DNA of 64,000 nt from Candidatus Fervidifonticultor sextus (GCA_031459875.1 JAVKHQ010000010.1:22281-86280); one strand, 5' to 3'. Counted from the first letter of the stretch, positions 9,655-19,695 are shown. The notes: generated from the letters alone by a model not told the origin. Translations and numbers: made by a program.

Positions 9655-10897
9655 CGGTGAGCGGCGGAATGAACCGGATCACGTGCGCCGCCCATCCCGC
9701 CGGATAGAGGATCAGCCCGCGGTCCAAGCAGCCTTCCAGCACCCTGCGCGCGATCACGCCCGCCGGCGCATGGCCCTGCGCCGGGTCGGCGAACTCCACC
9801 CCGATCATCAGCCCCCTGCCCCGGACCTCGCCGATGTAGGGCGACTGCTGCGCCAGGACCTGCAGCCGGGCCATCGCCTCCTGGCTGCGGAGGCGGGCGT
9901 TGTCCAGCACGCGCTCCTCCCGGAAGACCTCCAGGGTCGCCAGAGCCGCCGCGCAGGCCACCGGGTTCCCGCCGAAGGTCGTGCCATGCGACCCCGCCGT
10001 CCACCGCCGCATCAGGTCCGGTCCGGCGGCGACGGCGCTCAACGGGAAACCCGACGCGATGGCTTTGGAAAGGACCAGGACATCAGGGACCACGCCGAAG
10101 GTCTGGGCGGCGAACATCTCACCCGTGCGCCCGAACCCGGTCTGGATCTCGTCGAAGATCAACAGGATGCCATATCGGGTGCAGATCTCCCGCAGGCGCG
10201 GCAGAAAGTCGGGCGGGGGCACCACATAGCCGCCCTCGCCGAGGATCGGCTCGACGATCATGGCCGCGACATCCTCGGGGTAGACCACGTGCCGGAAGAG
10301 GCGCTCCAGGCTCACGAAGGGATCGCCGCAGCAGCCCGGCCCGGTGCGGTGAGGGCAGCGGAAGCAATACGGGAACGGGACGTGGTAGACCGAGGGCAGC
10401 AGCGGTTCGTAGTGCCGCCGGTACTTCGCGTTGGACGTGGTCACCGACGCCGACCCCAGCGACCGGCCGTGGAAACCGCCGATGAAATCCACGATGGCCG
10501 GCCGCCGCGTCACGTACCGGGCGAGCTTGATGGCCCCCTCCACCGCCTCGGTACCGCCGTTGCCCCAGAAGAACATGGTGAGGTCGCCCGGCGTGATCCG
10601 GCCCAGTTCCTCGCAGAGCCGCAGCAGGGGGTCGTAGGCGATCATGCCGATCGGCCCGTGGATGAGCCGGTCGATCTGGGCCCGCGCGGCCTCCACGACC
10701 CGGGGGTGCCGGTGGCCGAGGTTGCAGGCCGCCATGCCCGAGACGAAGTCGAGATACCGCCGGCCGTCCAGGCCGTAGAGCCAGGTGCCCTCGCCCCGCA
10801 CGACCGGCAGGTTGGGCCAGTCCTCCGCCAGGCTGGGCGCGAGCAGATAGCCCAGCCGGCCGACGCGTTGCGCGAAGCCTGCGAAATCCGTATGCAT
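9587..10897 (-). CDS. Class III PLP aminotransferase (4-aminobutyrate aminotransferase-like)
   Basis: YLDFVSG, GTEAVEGAIK, FHGRS, EPILGEGGY, DEIQTGFGRTG, SKAIASG, HGTTFGGNP. Confidence 0.92.
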   Translation of the reverse strand: MHTDFAGFAQRVGRLGYLLAPSLAEDWPNLPVVRGEGTWLYGLDGRRYLDFVSGMAACNLGHRHPRVVEAARAQIDRLIHGPIGMIAYDPLLRLCEELGRITPGDLTMFFWGNGGTEAVEGAIKLARYVTRRPAIVDFIGGFHGRSLGSASVTTSNAKYRRHYEPLLPSVYHVPFPYCFRCPHRTGPGCCGDPFVSLERLFRHVVYPEDVAAMIVEPILGEGGYVVPPPDFLPRLREICTRYGILLIFDEIQTGFGRTGEMFAAQTFGVVPDVLVLSKAIASGFPLSAVAAGPDLMRRWTAGSHGTTFGGNPVACAAALATLEVFREERVLDNARLRSQEAMARLQVLAQQSPYIGEVRGRGLMIGVEFADPAQGHAPAGVIARRVLEGCLDRGLILYPAGWAAHVIRFIPPLTVSREELEEGLGIFSEVVMGLGT

Positions 10898-10976
10898 GCC
10901 CCGTCCTCATCAGCGGTTTCGACCGGAAAGGGACTTCGACGTGAGGGGTGAGAGGTCCACCTCGGAGCAGGTGCCA

Positions 10977-11804
10977 TCAGAGGCCGACGCGGACCCCGAG
11001 CGCCGTCAGGATCACCATGAGCAGCCCAAAGGCCACCTGGGTCCAGCCCACCACCCGGGCCGGCACCGGTGGCAGGGCGAACGTGTACGCTGAGAAGACC
11101 ACAAGGAGCCCCATCCCCGCCACACTCATCCAGGGGCTCAGTCCCGCAAGAGCCGCCACTGCGAGCACCCCCGTCGCCGCCACCTCGGCTGCGTACGCCG
11201 GGGCCGGATTCACCGGCACTCCCCGGGCCCGCATCACCTGGGCGCGCGCGTAAGAGAGGGCTCCCAGGGCCCTCATGGCGAGCACCAGCCAGAGCCCGGC
11301 GGCCGTCGTCCACGGCAGCCCGCCGGCCAGGGCGATCGCGGCGACGACGCTGCTCATCGCCGTCGCCCCGGAGAACTCCGGCACCAGGTTGCGGCCCCTG
11401 CCGCGGGCGTCGTAGGAGAACTGCAGCAGGGCCAGGGGAACGGCCAGCACCAGAGGCCACACGAAGGGCCCTTGGGCCTGCGCGGCCGCCAGGACAAAGC
11501 CCAGCACGCCCACGCATCCGTATCCCAGTGCGACGAGCAGGGCCAGCGCTGTCCGGCGGTAACGCTTGCCCTTCCGCACGTCGGAGTGCCACAGCCTGAG
11601 AGGATGACGGACGAGGAAGGCCGCCAGAGCCGACACGCCCAGGCCCAGCCCGGCCCACCCAGGCGCCGCCAGGAGTCCCAGGGCGACAGGTTCCAGCGTC
11701 AAGCCCCATCCTCCGTGCTCGCTGGGGAGGGCGACGGCCTTCAGCGAACCCCTGACGGCGGGTTCACCGGATGCCGCGTGCGGGAAGGCTGTGGGGCGCT
11801 TCAG
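10977..11804 (-). CDS. YwiC-like membrane protein (start uncertain, possibly CTG)
   Basis: LPSEHGGW motif, multiple TM segments, ARVVGWTQ near the C-terminus. Confidence 0.75.
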   Translation of the reverse strand: MKRPTAFPHAASGEPAVRGSLKAVALPSEHGGWGLTLEPVALGLLAAPGWAGLGLGVSALAAFLVRHPLRLWHSDVRKGKRYRRTALALLVALGYGCVGVLGFVLAAAQAQGPFVWPLVLAVPLALLQFSYDARGRGRNLVPEFSGATAMSSVVAAIALAGGLPWTTAAGLWLVLAMRALGALSYARAQVMRARGVPVNPAPAYAAEVAATGVLAVAALAGLSPWMSVAGMGLLVVFSAYTFALPPVPARVVGWTQVAFGLLMVILTALGVRVGL

Positions 11805-12169
11805 GATTGATTGCCGTGTCCGCGTCCCGGCTTCCCGGCTGACGGAAAGGCGATCATGCCGGTCTGGCGCTTCTGGGCCGGCTGCTTGGACTGCGGGACC
11901 CGCGGGTGGTGCTGGATGTTCACATCGAGTTTCTTGCCGCAGGTGCACAACAGGGCCAGGGTCTGCGAGGCGTCCACCCACACATGCCCCTGCGCCTCCG
12001 CGCGAGCCCGTGCGGCGTCGATAGCGCCGCTGGCCCGATCGGCTTCGTCTTCGGCGGCGCCCATCTCCCGGGTGCCGCTGCCGGAGAGTTCGTACATGAG
12101 CGCCTTGGGGTAGTAGACGGTGTAGCGCTTCCTGCAGCCGCCGCAGGGGAAGGTGAAGACCAGGGCCAT
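11801..12169 (-). CDS. Hypothetical protein with CxxC and CxC (possible Zn ribbon)
   Basis: FPCGGCRK ... LCTCGKKL; upstream promoter TTGACT-18-TACAAT. Confidence 0.7.
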   Translation of the reverse strand: MALVFTFPCGGCRKRYTVYYPKALMYELSGSGTREMGAAEDEADRASGAIDAARARAEAQGHVWVDASQTLALLCTCGKKLDVNIQHHPRVPQSKQPAQKRQTGMIAFPSAGKPGRGHGNQS

Positions 12170-12179
12170 GGTGGCCACC

Positions 12180-12209
12180 ATTGTAGTCGGCGGAACGCAG
12201 GCGAGTCAA
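12180..12209 (-). promoter_or_regulatory. Sigma70-type promoter
   Basis: TTGACT (12209-12204), 18 nt spacer, TACAAT (12185-12180). Confidence 0.55.
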
Positions 12210-12314
12210 ACGCGCGGCTGGGGGGTACAACAGTCTTGCGGGCGCCCTGGTGAACCGATCTCGCATTTGTGCTACCCTTAGATCAACCGGCGCGGCAAAC
12301 AGGGGGCGAATCAG

Positions 12315-12854
12315 ATGTCTGGACGGGCAGCGGTGCTCCTGACGGCATTCGTGGCGATCGCAGTCGGCGGCGTGGCCTACTCCGTGGGATTTGCGGCGGG
12401 CCGCGCGGCGCCGGCGACGACCGCCGAAGGATCCCGGCCCCCGCTCGTGCAGCCGGCCCAGGTCCAGGATCCCTTCCAGCCGCCGTTCCAGCGGCCGGAG
12501 CCCTTCCCGGGACCACAGCCCTTCCCGGGACCGCAGCCGTTCCCTGGCCCCCAACCCTTCCAGGGACCCGGCTCACCGCCTCCCCTGCGTGAGTTCATCC
12601 CGTTGCCGGGGCCCGGCGATCAGCAGCCCGGCATGCGCCCCGGGCAGCAGGAGGAATGCGAACCGATCATTCTCTTCTACCACAACGGGCAGTTCTACCA
12701 GTTGCGGCCCGGCCCCCAGAACGGCCCGGGCCAGCCCGGGACGCCGCCGGAGTTCTACTACTTGAATCCGTACCAGGGCCCGCCGATCCCTGGCCTGCCG
12801 TTCCCGCGGCAGGACCGCGGTCCGGGGTTCTCGCCGGTCAACCCGCGTTCGTAG
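12315..12854 (+). CDS. Membrane-anchored/secreted Pro-Gln-rich hypothetical protein
   Basis: N-terminal hydrophobic helix; PQPFPG repeats; AGGGGG RBS. Confidence 0.7.
   Translation: MSGRAAVLLTAFVAIAVGGVAYSVGFAAGRAAPATTAEGSRPPLVQPAQVQDPFQPPFQRPEPFPGPQPFPGPQPFPGPQPFQGPGSPPPLREFIPLPGPGDQQPGMRPGQQEECEPIILFYHNGQFYQLRPGPQNGPGQPGTPPEFYYLNPYQGPPIPGLPFPRQDRGPGFSPVNPRS
12495..12569 (+). repeat. 18-bp coding tandem repeat (about 4 copies, P[EQ]PF[PQ]G)
   Basis: ccggagcccttcccggga / ccacagcccttcccggga / ccgcagccgttccctggc / ccccaacccttccaggga. Confidence 0.8.
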
Positions 12855-12880
12855 CCGCCCGGAAGGACCGCCGGCGGACG

Positions 12881-14053
12881 GTGCCACCACACGCTACCGT
12901 CCTGCCGCTCCTGGCCATCCTCGTCGGCTTCGAGATGGGCGTGTCGCTCTTCGGGCCGCTGCTCCCACAAGTCCAGCGGGAGTTTGGGGTCTCGGCAGGG
13001 ACCGTGGCCCTGGCACTGTCGGTCTACCATGGGAGTCGGCTGGTGGTGAACCTCCCGATGGCTCGGTTCGTGGCGCGCTCGGTCCTGCCGGTCACGCTGG
13101 GCGGCGGCGGTGTGCTGTTCGCGGCGGGAGCCGTCCTCGTGGCGGCGGCGTGGGTCTTCCCGGCGGTTCTGGTGGGCCGGGCCCTCATGGGGATCGGCGC
13201 GGCGGCGTTCTTTGTCACGACCCAGTTGTGGATCTCAAAGGTCGCCACGCCCCAGAACAAAGCCCAGCTGTTCAGCTATAACCAAGTGGCCGCCCTCACG
13301 GGCGGGGCCCTGGGGCCGGCCATCGGCGGCGCGGTGGCCGGATGGTTGTCCTGGCGCTGGTCGCTCGTGCTCGCCGCGGTGTTCGGGATGGTGGCGCTGG
13401 TCGCCGGGCGCCGGCTGTCCGATCCGAATTCGGGCCGGGCGGATGGCGCAGCCGTGGCACTGCCGGATCCGGACGCGAACCGCCGGCTGGGCCTCATCCT
13501 CGGCCCGGGACTGGTGATGATGGCGCTGATGTTCTTCTACGGCGGCGTGACGATGACGCTGGTCCCCCTCTTCGCCGCCCGCCAGCTCCACCTGGGTCCC
13601 GCCGCCATCGGCGGCGTGCTGATGCTGGGGACCCTGTGGCGGTTCGGTGCTGCGCTGGTCGGCGGGCGCCTGGCTGCGTGGTTCGGGATCCAGCGCGTCG
13701 TCGTCCCGGGCCTGGCCGTCCTCGCCGCCTCGGTGTTGAGCTTCCTGCTGGTGGGGTCACCGCTCGGGCTGGTCGTGGCGGTCTCGCTGGTCTCGTGGGC
13801 CAACCTGGGCGGCAGCCTCGTCGTCGCGCTGGTCACCGATCTGGTGCCCGAACCCCATTGGGGGACCGCGTTGGGGGTCAACCGCACCATGGCCGACCTG
13901 GGAGCGATGACCGCGCCGATCCTCGTGGGGATCGTGATCGATCGCTACGGGTTCGACGCCGCCATCGTCACGGTGGCGGCGCTGCTGTTCGCCGCCGCCG
14001 CAGCCGCGGCCGCGCTCATCCGGTCGAGCCGTCACGATGCCCTGGCCGCCTGA
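12881..14053 (+). CDS. MFS transporter
   Basis: About 12 TM segments, GRALMGIG, LGPAIGGAVAG; GTG at 12881. Confidence 0.88.
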   Translation: MPPHATVLPLLAILVGFEMGVSLFGPLLPQVQREFGVSAGTVALALSVYHGSRLVVNLPMARFVARSVLPVTLGGGGVLFAAGAVLVAAAWVFPAVLVGRALMGIGAAAFFVTTQLWISKVATPQNKAQLFSYNQVAALTGGALGPAIGGAVAGWLSWRWSLVLAAVFGMVALVAGRRLSDPNSGRADGAAVALPDPDANRRLGLILGPGLVMMALMFFYGGVTMTLVPLFAARQLHLGPAAIGGVLMLGTLWRFGAALVGGRLAAWFGIQRVVVPGLAVLAASVLSFLLVGSPLGLVVAVSLVSWANLGGSLVVALVTDLVPEPHWGTALGVNRTMADLGAMTAPILVGIVIDRYGFDAAIVTVAALLFAAAAAAAALIRSSRHDALAA

Positions 14054-14242
14054 CGCGGGGTCTTTGCCGGGAGGCATCTCTACCTGGCAGGTGGAACCCA
14101 CCGACCTGACCGAGTTGAGCATCGTCAACTTCCGCATCGTCCACACGGTCATCGTCGCCCTGGACCGCCAGGACGTGCGCTGGCGCTGGAACATGACGGC
14201 CTCGGCGGCGATCGAGCCGCAGCAGCCGCAGGTGTTGCCTGA

Positions 14243-15523
14243 CTACCAGAGACGGGCAAAGGTGCCGCCCGCCATGGGCACGCCGAGGCGCTCCAGCCCG
14301 GGGTCGGGCAGGCCGGGCAGGCGGCTGCGGAACACCACCCCGCCCTTCATCACCACCCGGACCTCCCGGAGGTCACGGATCTGCCGGTCCGGCTGCCCGG
14401 CGACTGCGATGAGATCCGCCTGCTTGCCGGCCTCCAGGGTCCCCGTCTCGGCGTCCACCCCGCACAGGCGCGCGGAGTTGAAGGTGGCGGCCCGGATGGC
14501 CTCCAGCGGCGTCAGGCCGCACTCGGTCAGCAGCTCCACCTCCCGGATCGTGGCCACCGTGCCGTCCACCGGGTCGCTGGGGAGCAGGTCGGTCCCGCAG
14601 CACAGCGTCACCCCGCGGGCCGCCGCGCGCCGGATCGAGGCCAGGTGTTCGCCGGCCGCCGCCCGGGCCTTGGCCAGCATCCACTCCTGCACCCCGTGGC
14701 GGCGCAGGTAGTCGAGTTCCTGGGTCACGCACAGGGTCGGCACGAGGAAGGTCCCCGCCCCGGCCATGGCCGCGGCCGTGTCGTCCTCGAACGAGTACCC
14801 GTGCTCGATGCAGTCCACGCCCAGCCGCACGGCATCTCGGATGGCCGCGTCGCCGCCGGTGTGGGCGGCCACGCGCCGGCCGGCCGCGTGGGCGACCTCG
14901 ACGACCGCCCGGACCTCGTCGTCGGTCATCTGCTTGTCCTGCGGCTGCTCGCGGGGCGTCCCGATGCCCCCGGTCAGGCAGATCTTGATCAGGTCGGCCC
15001 CGGCGCGGAGTTGTTCGCGCGCGGCGCGGCGGAAGCCATCGGGCCCGTCCGCTTCCACGGTCCCCACGGAGTTGTGCCCGTGGCCGCCGGTGGCGATCAA
15101 CGCGTGCCCGGCCGCCTTGATGCGCGGCCCCGGGAGGAGGCCCCGGGCGATGGCCTCCCGGACGTCCAGGTCGGTGAAATAGGGCTCGCCCACGACGCGC
15201 AGGCTCGTGGTGCCGTTGAGAACGGCCTCCAGGGCGCGCCGGTAGTTGAGCATGACGCGGTAGCCCGGCGGAAAGGGATCGGCGCGCCGCTCGGGGAACG
15301 GCAGGCGGAGCCCCAGGTGCACGTGCACGTTGAACAGCCCCGGCAGGACCGTCATCGCCTCCAGATCAACCGTCAGGTCGCCCGGCCGCGCCACCGGGGC
15401 CCCCGGATCGGTCCGGGCCCCGCACCAGACGATCCGCTCGCCCTCGATGGCCAGCGCGGCGTCGTCTACCGCCGCGCGGCCCGTCCCGTCCACCAGGCGG
15501 CAGTTGACGAGGACTGTCCGCAT
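14243..15523 (-). CDS. Amidohydrolase family protein (Xaa-Pro dipeptidase-like)
   Basis: LPGLFNVHVH, TGGHG, GADLIK, AAH, IEHG, CGTD, GKQADL; ATG 15523 with GAGGAGG RBS. Confidence 0.9.
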   Translation of the reverse strand: MRTVLVNCRLVDGTGRAAVDDAALAIEGERIVWCGARTDPGAPVARPGDLTVDLEAMTVLPGLFNVHVHLGLRLPFPERRADPFPPGYRVMLNYRRALEAVLNGTTSLRVVGEPYFTDLDVREAIARGLLPGPRIKAAGHALIATGGHGHNSVGTVEADGPDGFRRAAREQLRAGADLIKICLTGGIGTPREQPQDKQMTDDEVRAVVEVAHAAGRRVAAHTGGDAAIRDAVRLGVDCIEHGYSFEDDTAAAMAGAGTFLVPTLCVTQELDYLRRHGVQEWMLAKARAAAGEHLASIRRAAARGVTLCCGTDLLPSDPVDGTVATIREVELLTECGLTPLEAIRAATFNSARLCGVDAETGTLEAGKQADLIAVAGQPDRQIRDLREVRVVMKGGVVFRSRLPGLPDPGLERLGVPMAGGTFARLW

Positions 15524-15554
15524 GACCGCATCCCTCCTCTGTGGACCCGCTCCA

Positions 15555-16400
15555 TCAGCGCGCCCGCTGCAGCCCGTCGCCGAGCAGGTTGGCACCGACG
15601 ACGAGCACGGCGATCGCCATGCCGGGGAAGACCGTGTTCCACCAGGCCAGACTCTGCACGGTTCGCCCGTCGCTCACCATGCTGCCCCACGCGGGCACAG
15701 GCGGCTGGACCCCCAGCCCGAGGAAGCTCAGCGCGGCCTCGGCCAGGATCACGTTGGACATGTTCACCGCGCCCACCACCAGCAGCGGCGGGAGGATGGA
15801 GGGCAGGACGTGGCGGGACAGAATGCGCCCCTCGGCCGCCCCCAGGGCCCGGGCGGCCGCGACGAACTCCCGCTCGCGGACCGACAGCGTATTGGCCCGC
15901 GCCACCCTCGCGTACTGCACCCAGGTGACCAGCGCCAGCACCACGATGAGCTTGACTAGACTCTGCCCGAGGGCGGCCATGATGGCAATGGCGACGAAGA
16001 CCGGCGGAAAGGAGAGCTGGACGTCGATGAGGCGGGAGATGGTCCGGTCCACGCGCCCGCCGAAGTAGCCGGCAGCCAGACCCAGCATCGTCCCCAGTCC
16101 GCCGCCCAGGAGCACCGATAGCAGCGCGACGGCGATGGAGACCCGCGCGCCGACCATCAGGCGCGAGCAGAGGTCGCGGCCCAGCCGGTCGGTGCCCAGC
16201 GGGTACGCCCAGTCGCCGCCCGGTAGCCACGCCGGCGGCTGGAGCGACCGGAGGAGGTCCTGATCGGCATACCCGTGGGGGGCCAGCCACGGGGCCAGCA
16301 GGGCGACGGCGGTCATCAGGGCGAGGATGGCGGCGCCGGCATAGAACTGGGGCGGGCGCCGCCGGCCTGGCCGGGACGCCGGTGCCCACCTAACCGCCAT
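15555..16400 (-). CDS. Peptide/nickel ABC transporter permease (DppC-like)
   Basis: LGTDRLGRD, REFVAAARALG, EAALSFLGLG. Confidence 0.92.
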   Translation of the reverse strand: MAVRWAPASRPGRRRPPQFYAGAAILALMTAVALLAPWLAPHGYADQDLLRSLQPPAWLPGGDWAYPLGTDRLGRDLCSRLMVGARVSIAVALLSVLLGGGLGTMLGLAAGYFGGRVDRTISRLIDVQLSFPPVFVAIAIMAALGQSLVKLIVVLALVTWVQYARVARANTLSVREREFVAAARALGAAEGRILSRHVLPSILPPLLVVGAVNMSNVILAEAALSFLGLGVQPPVPAWGSMVSDGRTVQSLAWWNTVFPGMAIAVLVVGANLLGDGLQRAR

Positions 16401-17316
16401 GGTCGTACCGGATGCGCGGGTCGAGGTAGAGGTAGAGCAGGTCCACCGCCAGGTTGATCAGTACGAAGGCCGTGCCCACCACCAGCACCACGGCCCGGAC
16501 CAGCGGCAGGTCCCGCGTCTGGATGCCCTGCAGCATGAGCCAGCCGACCCCGGGCCACGCGAACACCGCCTCGACGACGACCGACCCGCCCAGCAGATTC
16601 CCCAGCTGCAACCCCAGCACCGTGACCGCCGAGATCATCGCGTTGCGCAGCGCGTGGCGCGACAGAACGGCGCGCTCGGCCAGCCCCTTCGCGCGGGCGG
16701 TGCGGATATAGTCCTGGCTGAGGACCTCCAGGACGTCGACGCGCACCAGGCGCGTGAGCAGCCCCGTGGTGTAGACGGCCAGGGTTGCGCAGGGCAGGAC
16801 CAGGTGCGCCGGCGACTCGAACCCGGATGCCGGCAGCCACCGCAGGCGGTCGGCGAAGAGGAGGATCAACAGCACGCCCAGCCAGAACGACGGCAGGCTG
16901 ATGAACAAAAACGTGGCCACCGACACAAGCCAGTCGGCGGCGCTGCCCACGCGCGACCCGATCCACACCCCCACCGGGATGCCCACGGCGACGGTCAGCC
17001 CGACCGTGGCCAGGGCCAGCAGCGCCGTGGTCGGCAGGCGCTGGAGGACCAGCTCGAGGGCGGGCCGCTGGTAGCGGAACGACTCGCCGAGGTCCCCGCG
17101 CAGCGCCCGGCGGAGGAAGTCCCAGTACTGGGCGGGGATCGGCTTGTCCAGGCCGTAGAGCCGCCGGACGCGTTCGACGTCCTCGGGCCTGGCGTCCAGC
17201 GGCGTCAGCAGCCGGATCGGGTCGCCGCTCAGGTGGATCAGCAGGAAGACGAGGATGCTGACCGCCAGCAGCACCCAGACCAGATGCACCAGGCGCTGGA
17301 CGAGAAACCGGCCCAC
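16390..17316 (-). CDS. Peptide/nickel ABC transporter permease (DppB-like)
   Basis: GDLGES, PSFWLG, DYIRTARAKG, VEAVFAWPGVG, RDLP. Confidence 0.92.
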   Translation of the reverse strand: MGRFLVQRLVHLVWVLLAVSILVFLLIHLSGDPIRLLTPLDARPEDVERVRRLYGLDKPIPAQYWDFLRRALRGDLGESFRYQRPALELVLQRLPTTALLALATVGLTVAVGIPVGVWIGSRVGSAADWLVSVATFLFISLPSFWLGVLLILLFADRLRWLPASGFESPAHLVLPCATLAVYTTGLLTRLVRVDVLEVLSQDYIRTARAKGLAERAVLSRHALRNAMISAVTVLGLQLGNLLGGSVVVEAVFAWPGVGWLMLQGIQTRDLPLVRAVVLVVGTAFVLINLAVDLLYLYLDPRIRYDHGG

Positions 17317-17322
17317 CGGAGG

Positions 17323-18906
17323 CTAGCCCAGGTGGATGCCTCCCAGCCGGATGATGCCGTCGCTGTGCGCCACCCAGCCCTTCACGCGCTTCTGCATGGC
17401 GTAGACGCCCTGCTGGTTCCACAGGAACACCCACGGACACTCCCGGTGGATGATCTGGTTGAGCCGCCTGTACATGTCGTTCCGGCGGTTGGCGTCGAGG
17501 GTCTTCGGCGCCTCCTGGATCAACCGGTTGGCCTCCTCGTTGCTGTAGCCCTGCCAGGCCGCGCCCTTGCGGTCCGAGTCGAAGTTGATGCTGACCGTGG
17601 CATCCAGCAACACGCCGACCTGCTGGAAGAAGAAGGCGTCGTGGGTCTTGCCGAGCACGCCCTGGACGAAGGGGCTCCAGTCCATGACCTGCACACGGGT
17701 GCGGACGCCCACGCGGGTCCACATGGCGGCGATGGCCTCGCTGGCCAGCCGGTCGTTGAGGTAGCGGCCTTCGGGCGAGACCAGCGTGACGTCGAACCCG
17801 TCGCGGTAGCCGGCCTCGGAGAGCAACTGCCGGGCCCGATCGGGATCGTACGGGTAGGGGCGCAGGCTCTCGTCGTACCCGGGGATGCCCGGACCGAACG
17901 CGCTGTTGAGCCGGTAGGCGGCCCCGCGCATGACGGTCCGGATGAGGGTGTCCACGTCCGTGGCGTAGTTCATCGCCTGCCGGACGCGGACGTCCTGGAA
18001 GGCCCGGACCTTGAGGGCGTTCAGCACCACGATCTGCGACGACAGCTGCCGGAACGCGACCACCTCCACGTTCCTGGTCGCCTCCAGTTCGGGGATCTGG
18101 ATGGGATCCACCGGGGTGATGAGGTGCGCCGCCCCGGTCTTCAGTTCCACCAGGCGGGTGGCCGCCTCCGGCACCGGGCGCCACACCAGCCGCCTCAGTT
18201 TGGGCTGGCCGCTGAAGTGCGGGCGCTCGGCGAAGTCCATCACCATCCGGCCGTTGGGAATCCACTCCACGAACCGGTACGGGCCTGTCCCGATGGCGCG
18301 CCTGGTCGGGTCCACCTCGCCGCCGGTAATGGCCCTGGGCAGGATCTCGCAGTACAGCGACAGCACCTCCGCCAGAAGGGCGAACGGTCCGTCGGTGTGG
18401 ATGCGGACGGTCAGCGGGTTCACCACCTCGACGTCTTTGACCGGGCGGAGCTGGCCGGCGTAGACGTTGCGGATCGCGGGGCTCTTGAAGCGGGCGATGG
18501 TGTCGCGGACGTGCTCGGCGCCGAACTTCTCGCCGTTGTGGAAGTAGACGTGGTCCCGCAGCCGGAACTCCCAGGTCGTGTCGTTGAGTACGCGCCAGGA
18601 GGTGGCCAGCCAGGGGACCAGTTTCATGTCGGGCGTACGCTCCAGCAGTTTGTCGTACATGGCCCACATCATGCCCTTGGAAGCCCCCGACGTGGTCACG
18701 TGCGGGTCCAGGGACTCGGCGTCGACGCCCTGGACGATCAGCAGGTTCCCCACCGGCTGCGGCGGGCCGGCGGGCGCGGCCCACCCGGGATGGCCGAGCC
18801 GGTCCACCGCCAGGCCGGTCCCGGCCAGGGCGGCCGTGTATGCCAGGAACTCCCGCCGGGTGACGCGGCGGTCGTCATGGTCGTCATCGTGCGTCATGAC
18901 CTTCAT
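17323..18906 (-). CDS. Peptide/nickel ABC transporter substrate-binding protein (family 5) with Tat signal
   Basis: TRREFL twin-arginine signal, SLDP, FHNG, GTGPY, VRQAMNYA; start ATG 18906 or 18897. Confidence 0.9.
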   Translation of the reverse strand: MKVMTHDDDHDDRRVTRREFLAYTAALAGTGLAVDRLGHPGWAAPAGPPQPVGNLLIVQGVDAESLDPHVTTSGASKGMMWAMYDKLLERTPDMKLVPWLATSWRVLNDTTWEFRLRDHVYFHNGEKFGAEHVRDTIARFKSPAIRNVYAGQLRPVKDVEVVNPLTVRIHTDGPFALLAEVLSLYCEILPRAITGGEVDPTRRAIGTGPYRFVEWIPNGRMVMDFAERPHFSGQPKLRRLVWRPVPEAATRLVELKTGAAHLITPVDPIQIPELEATRNVEVVAFRQLSSQIVVLNALKVRAFQDVRVRQAMNYATDVDTLIRTVMRGAAYRLNSAFGPGIPGYDESLRPYPYDPDRARQLLSEAGYRDGFDVTLVSPEGRYLNDRLASEAIAAMWTRVGVRTRVQVMDWSPFVQGVLGKTHDAFFFQQVGVLLDATVSINFDSDRKGAAWQGYSNEEANRLIQEAPKTLDANRRNDMYRRLNQIIHRECPWVFLWNQQGVYAMQKRVKGWVAHSDGIIRLGGIHLG

Positions 18907-19631
18907 CCCTCCCGATGCGTGGTGTCCCCCGTCGCTCTCGGAACGAACTGGAAGTCGCAGTGGGCGTCCCCCAGGCCGATGGCGGTCGGCCGCAGCAGCC
19001 GGTGCGTGGGGTGGCCGTCCATGAACCGCTCGTCGGTCTCGCAGAAGAACGGGATCAGTTCGGGCACCCCGGCCCGTTCCATCGCCAGGCACCAGTTGCA
19101 GCCCGTAACCTGGAACCGGACGTAGTCAGGCGTGTACGCCAGCAGCCTGCCCTCGCACGAGAAAAACCGCATCGCGGCTTCGAACTGCCGCTGGACCTCG
19201 TCGGGGTCGGCGGCGAACCCCGGAGGCGGCGGGCTGGTCAGGCTCAACCCCTGCACCGCCCGGGGCGCGCCGCCGGAGGCCACCCGTCGAGCGGCCGCGT
19301 CGTGGGCGTGGCCCACGAGGCCGGAGTGCACGATCGCCCGCCGGGCGACGGCCAGGGCCACCTCGCGGCCCGCCCGCGCCAGGACCGCCCGGTAGAGGTC
19401 GGCGAAGGGGCGGAGTTCCGCGAAGAGGGCGTCGAGGTCCCGCGGGCCGGCCGGCAGCAGGTCCGGCAGGTCGCCGATGCCGGTCTCCCGGAGGATGACC
19501 TCGGCTTCGGCCTCACCCAGGGCCTCAGTCACGGCCAGACGGCACACCTGCTTCTGCACGCGGTTCGGCCGCAAGGTCCCCCCCATGTGGCAGTCGGAAT
19601 TCGCTGCCGGGCGCGGCGACCCCTGGCGCAA
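18903..19631 (-). CDS. L-2-amino-thiazoline-4-carboxylic acid hydrolase-like (V4R-type Cys) protein; start uncertain
   Basis: C-terminal VTGCNWC...G.PEL...FCETD...RPTAIGLGDAHCDFQF pattern. Confidence 0.7.
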   Translation of the reverse strand: MRQGSPRPAANSDCHMGGTLRPNRVQKQVCRLAVTEALGEAEAEVILRETGIGDLPDLLPAGPRDLDALFAELRPFADLYRAVLARAGREVALAVARRAIVHSGLVGHAHDAAARRVASGGAPRAVQGLSLTSPPPPGFAADPDEVQRQFEAAMRFFSCEGRLLAYTPDYVRFQVTGCNWCLAMERAGVPELIPFFCETDERFMDGHPTHRLLRPTAIGLGDAHCDFQFVPRATGDTTHREG

Positions 19632-19695
19632 TGGACGCCCGCAGGCGCAAACCCGCCGTTAGACCCGCCGACCGCTCTGTGGTAGAACTGAACCG

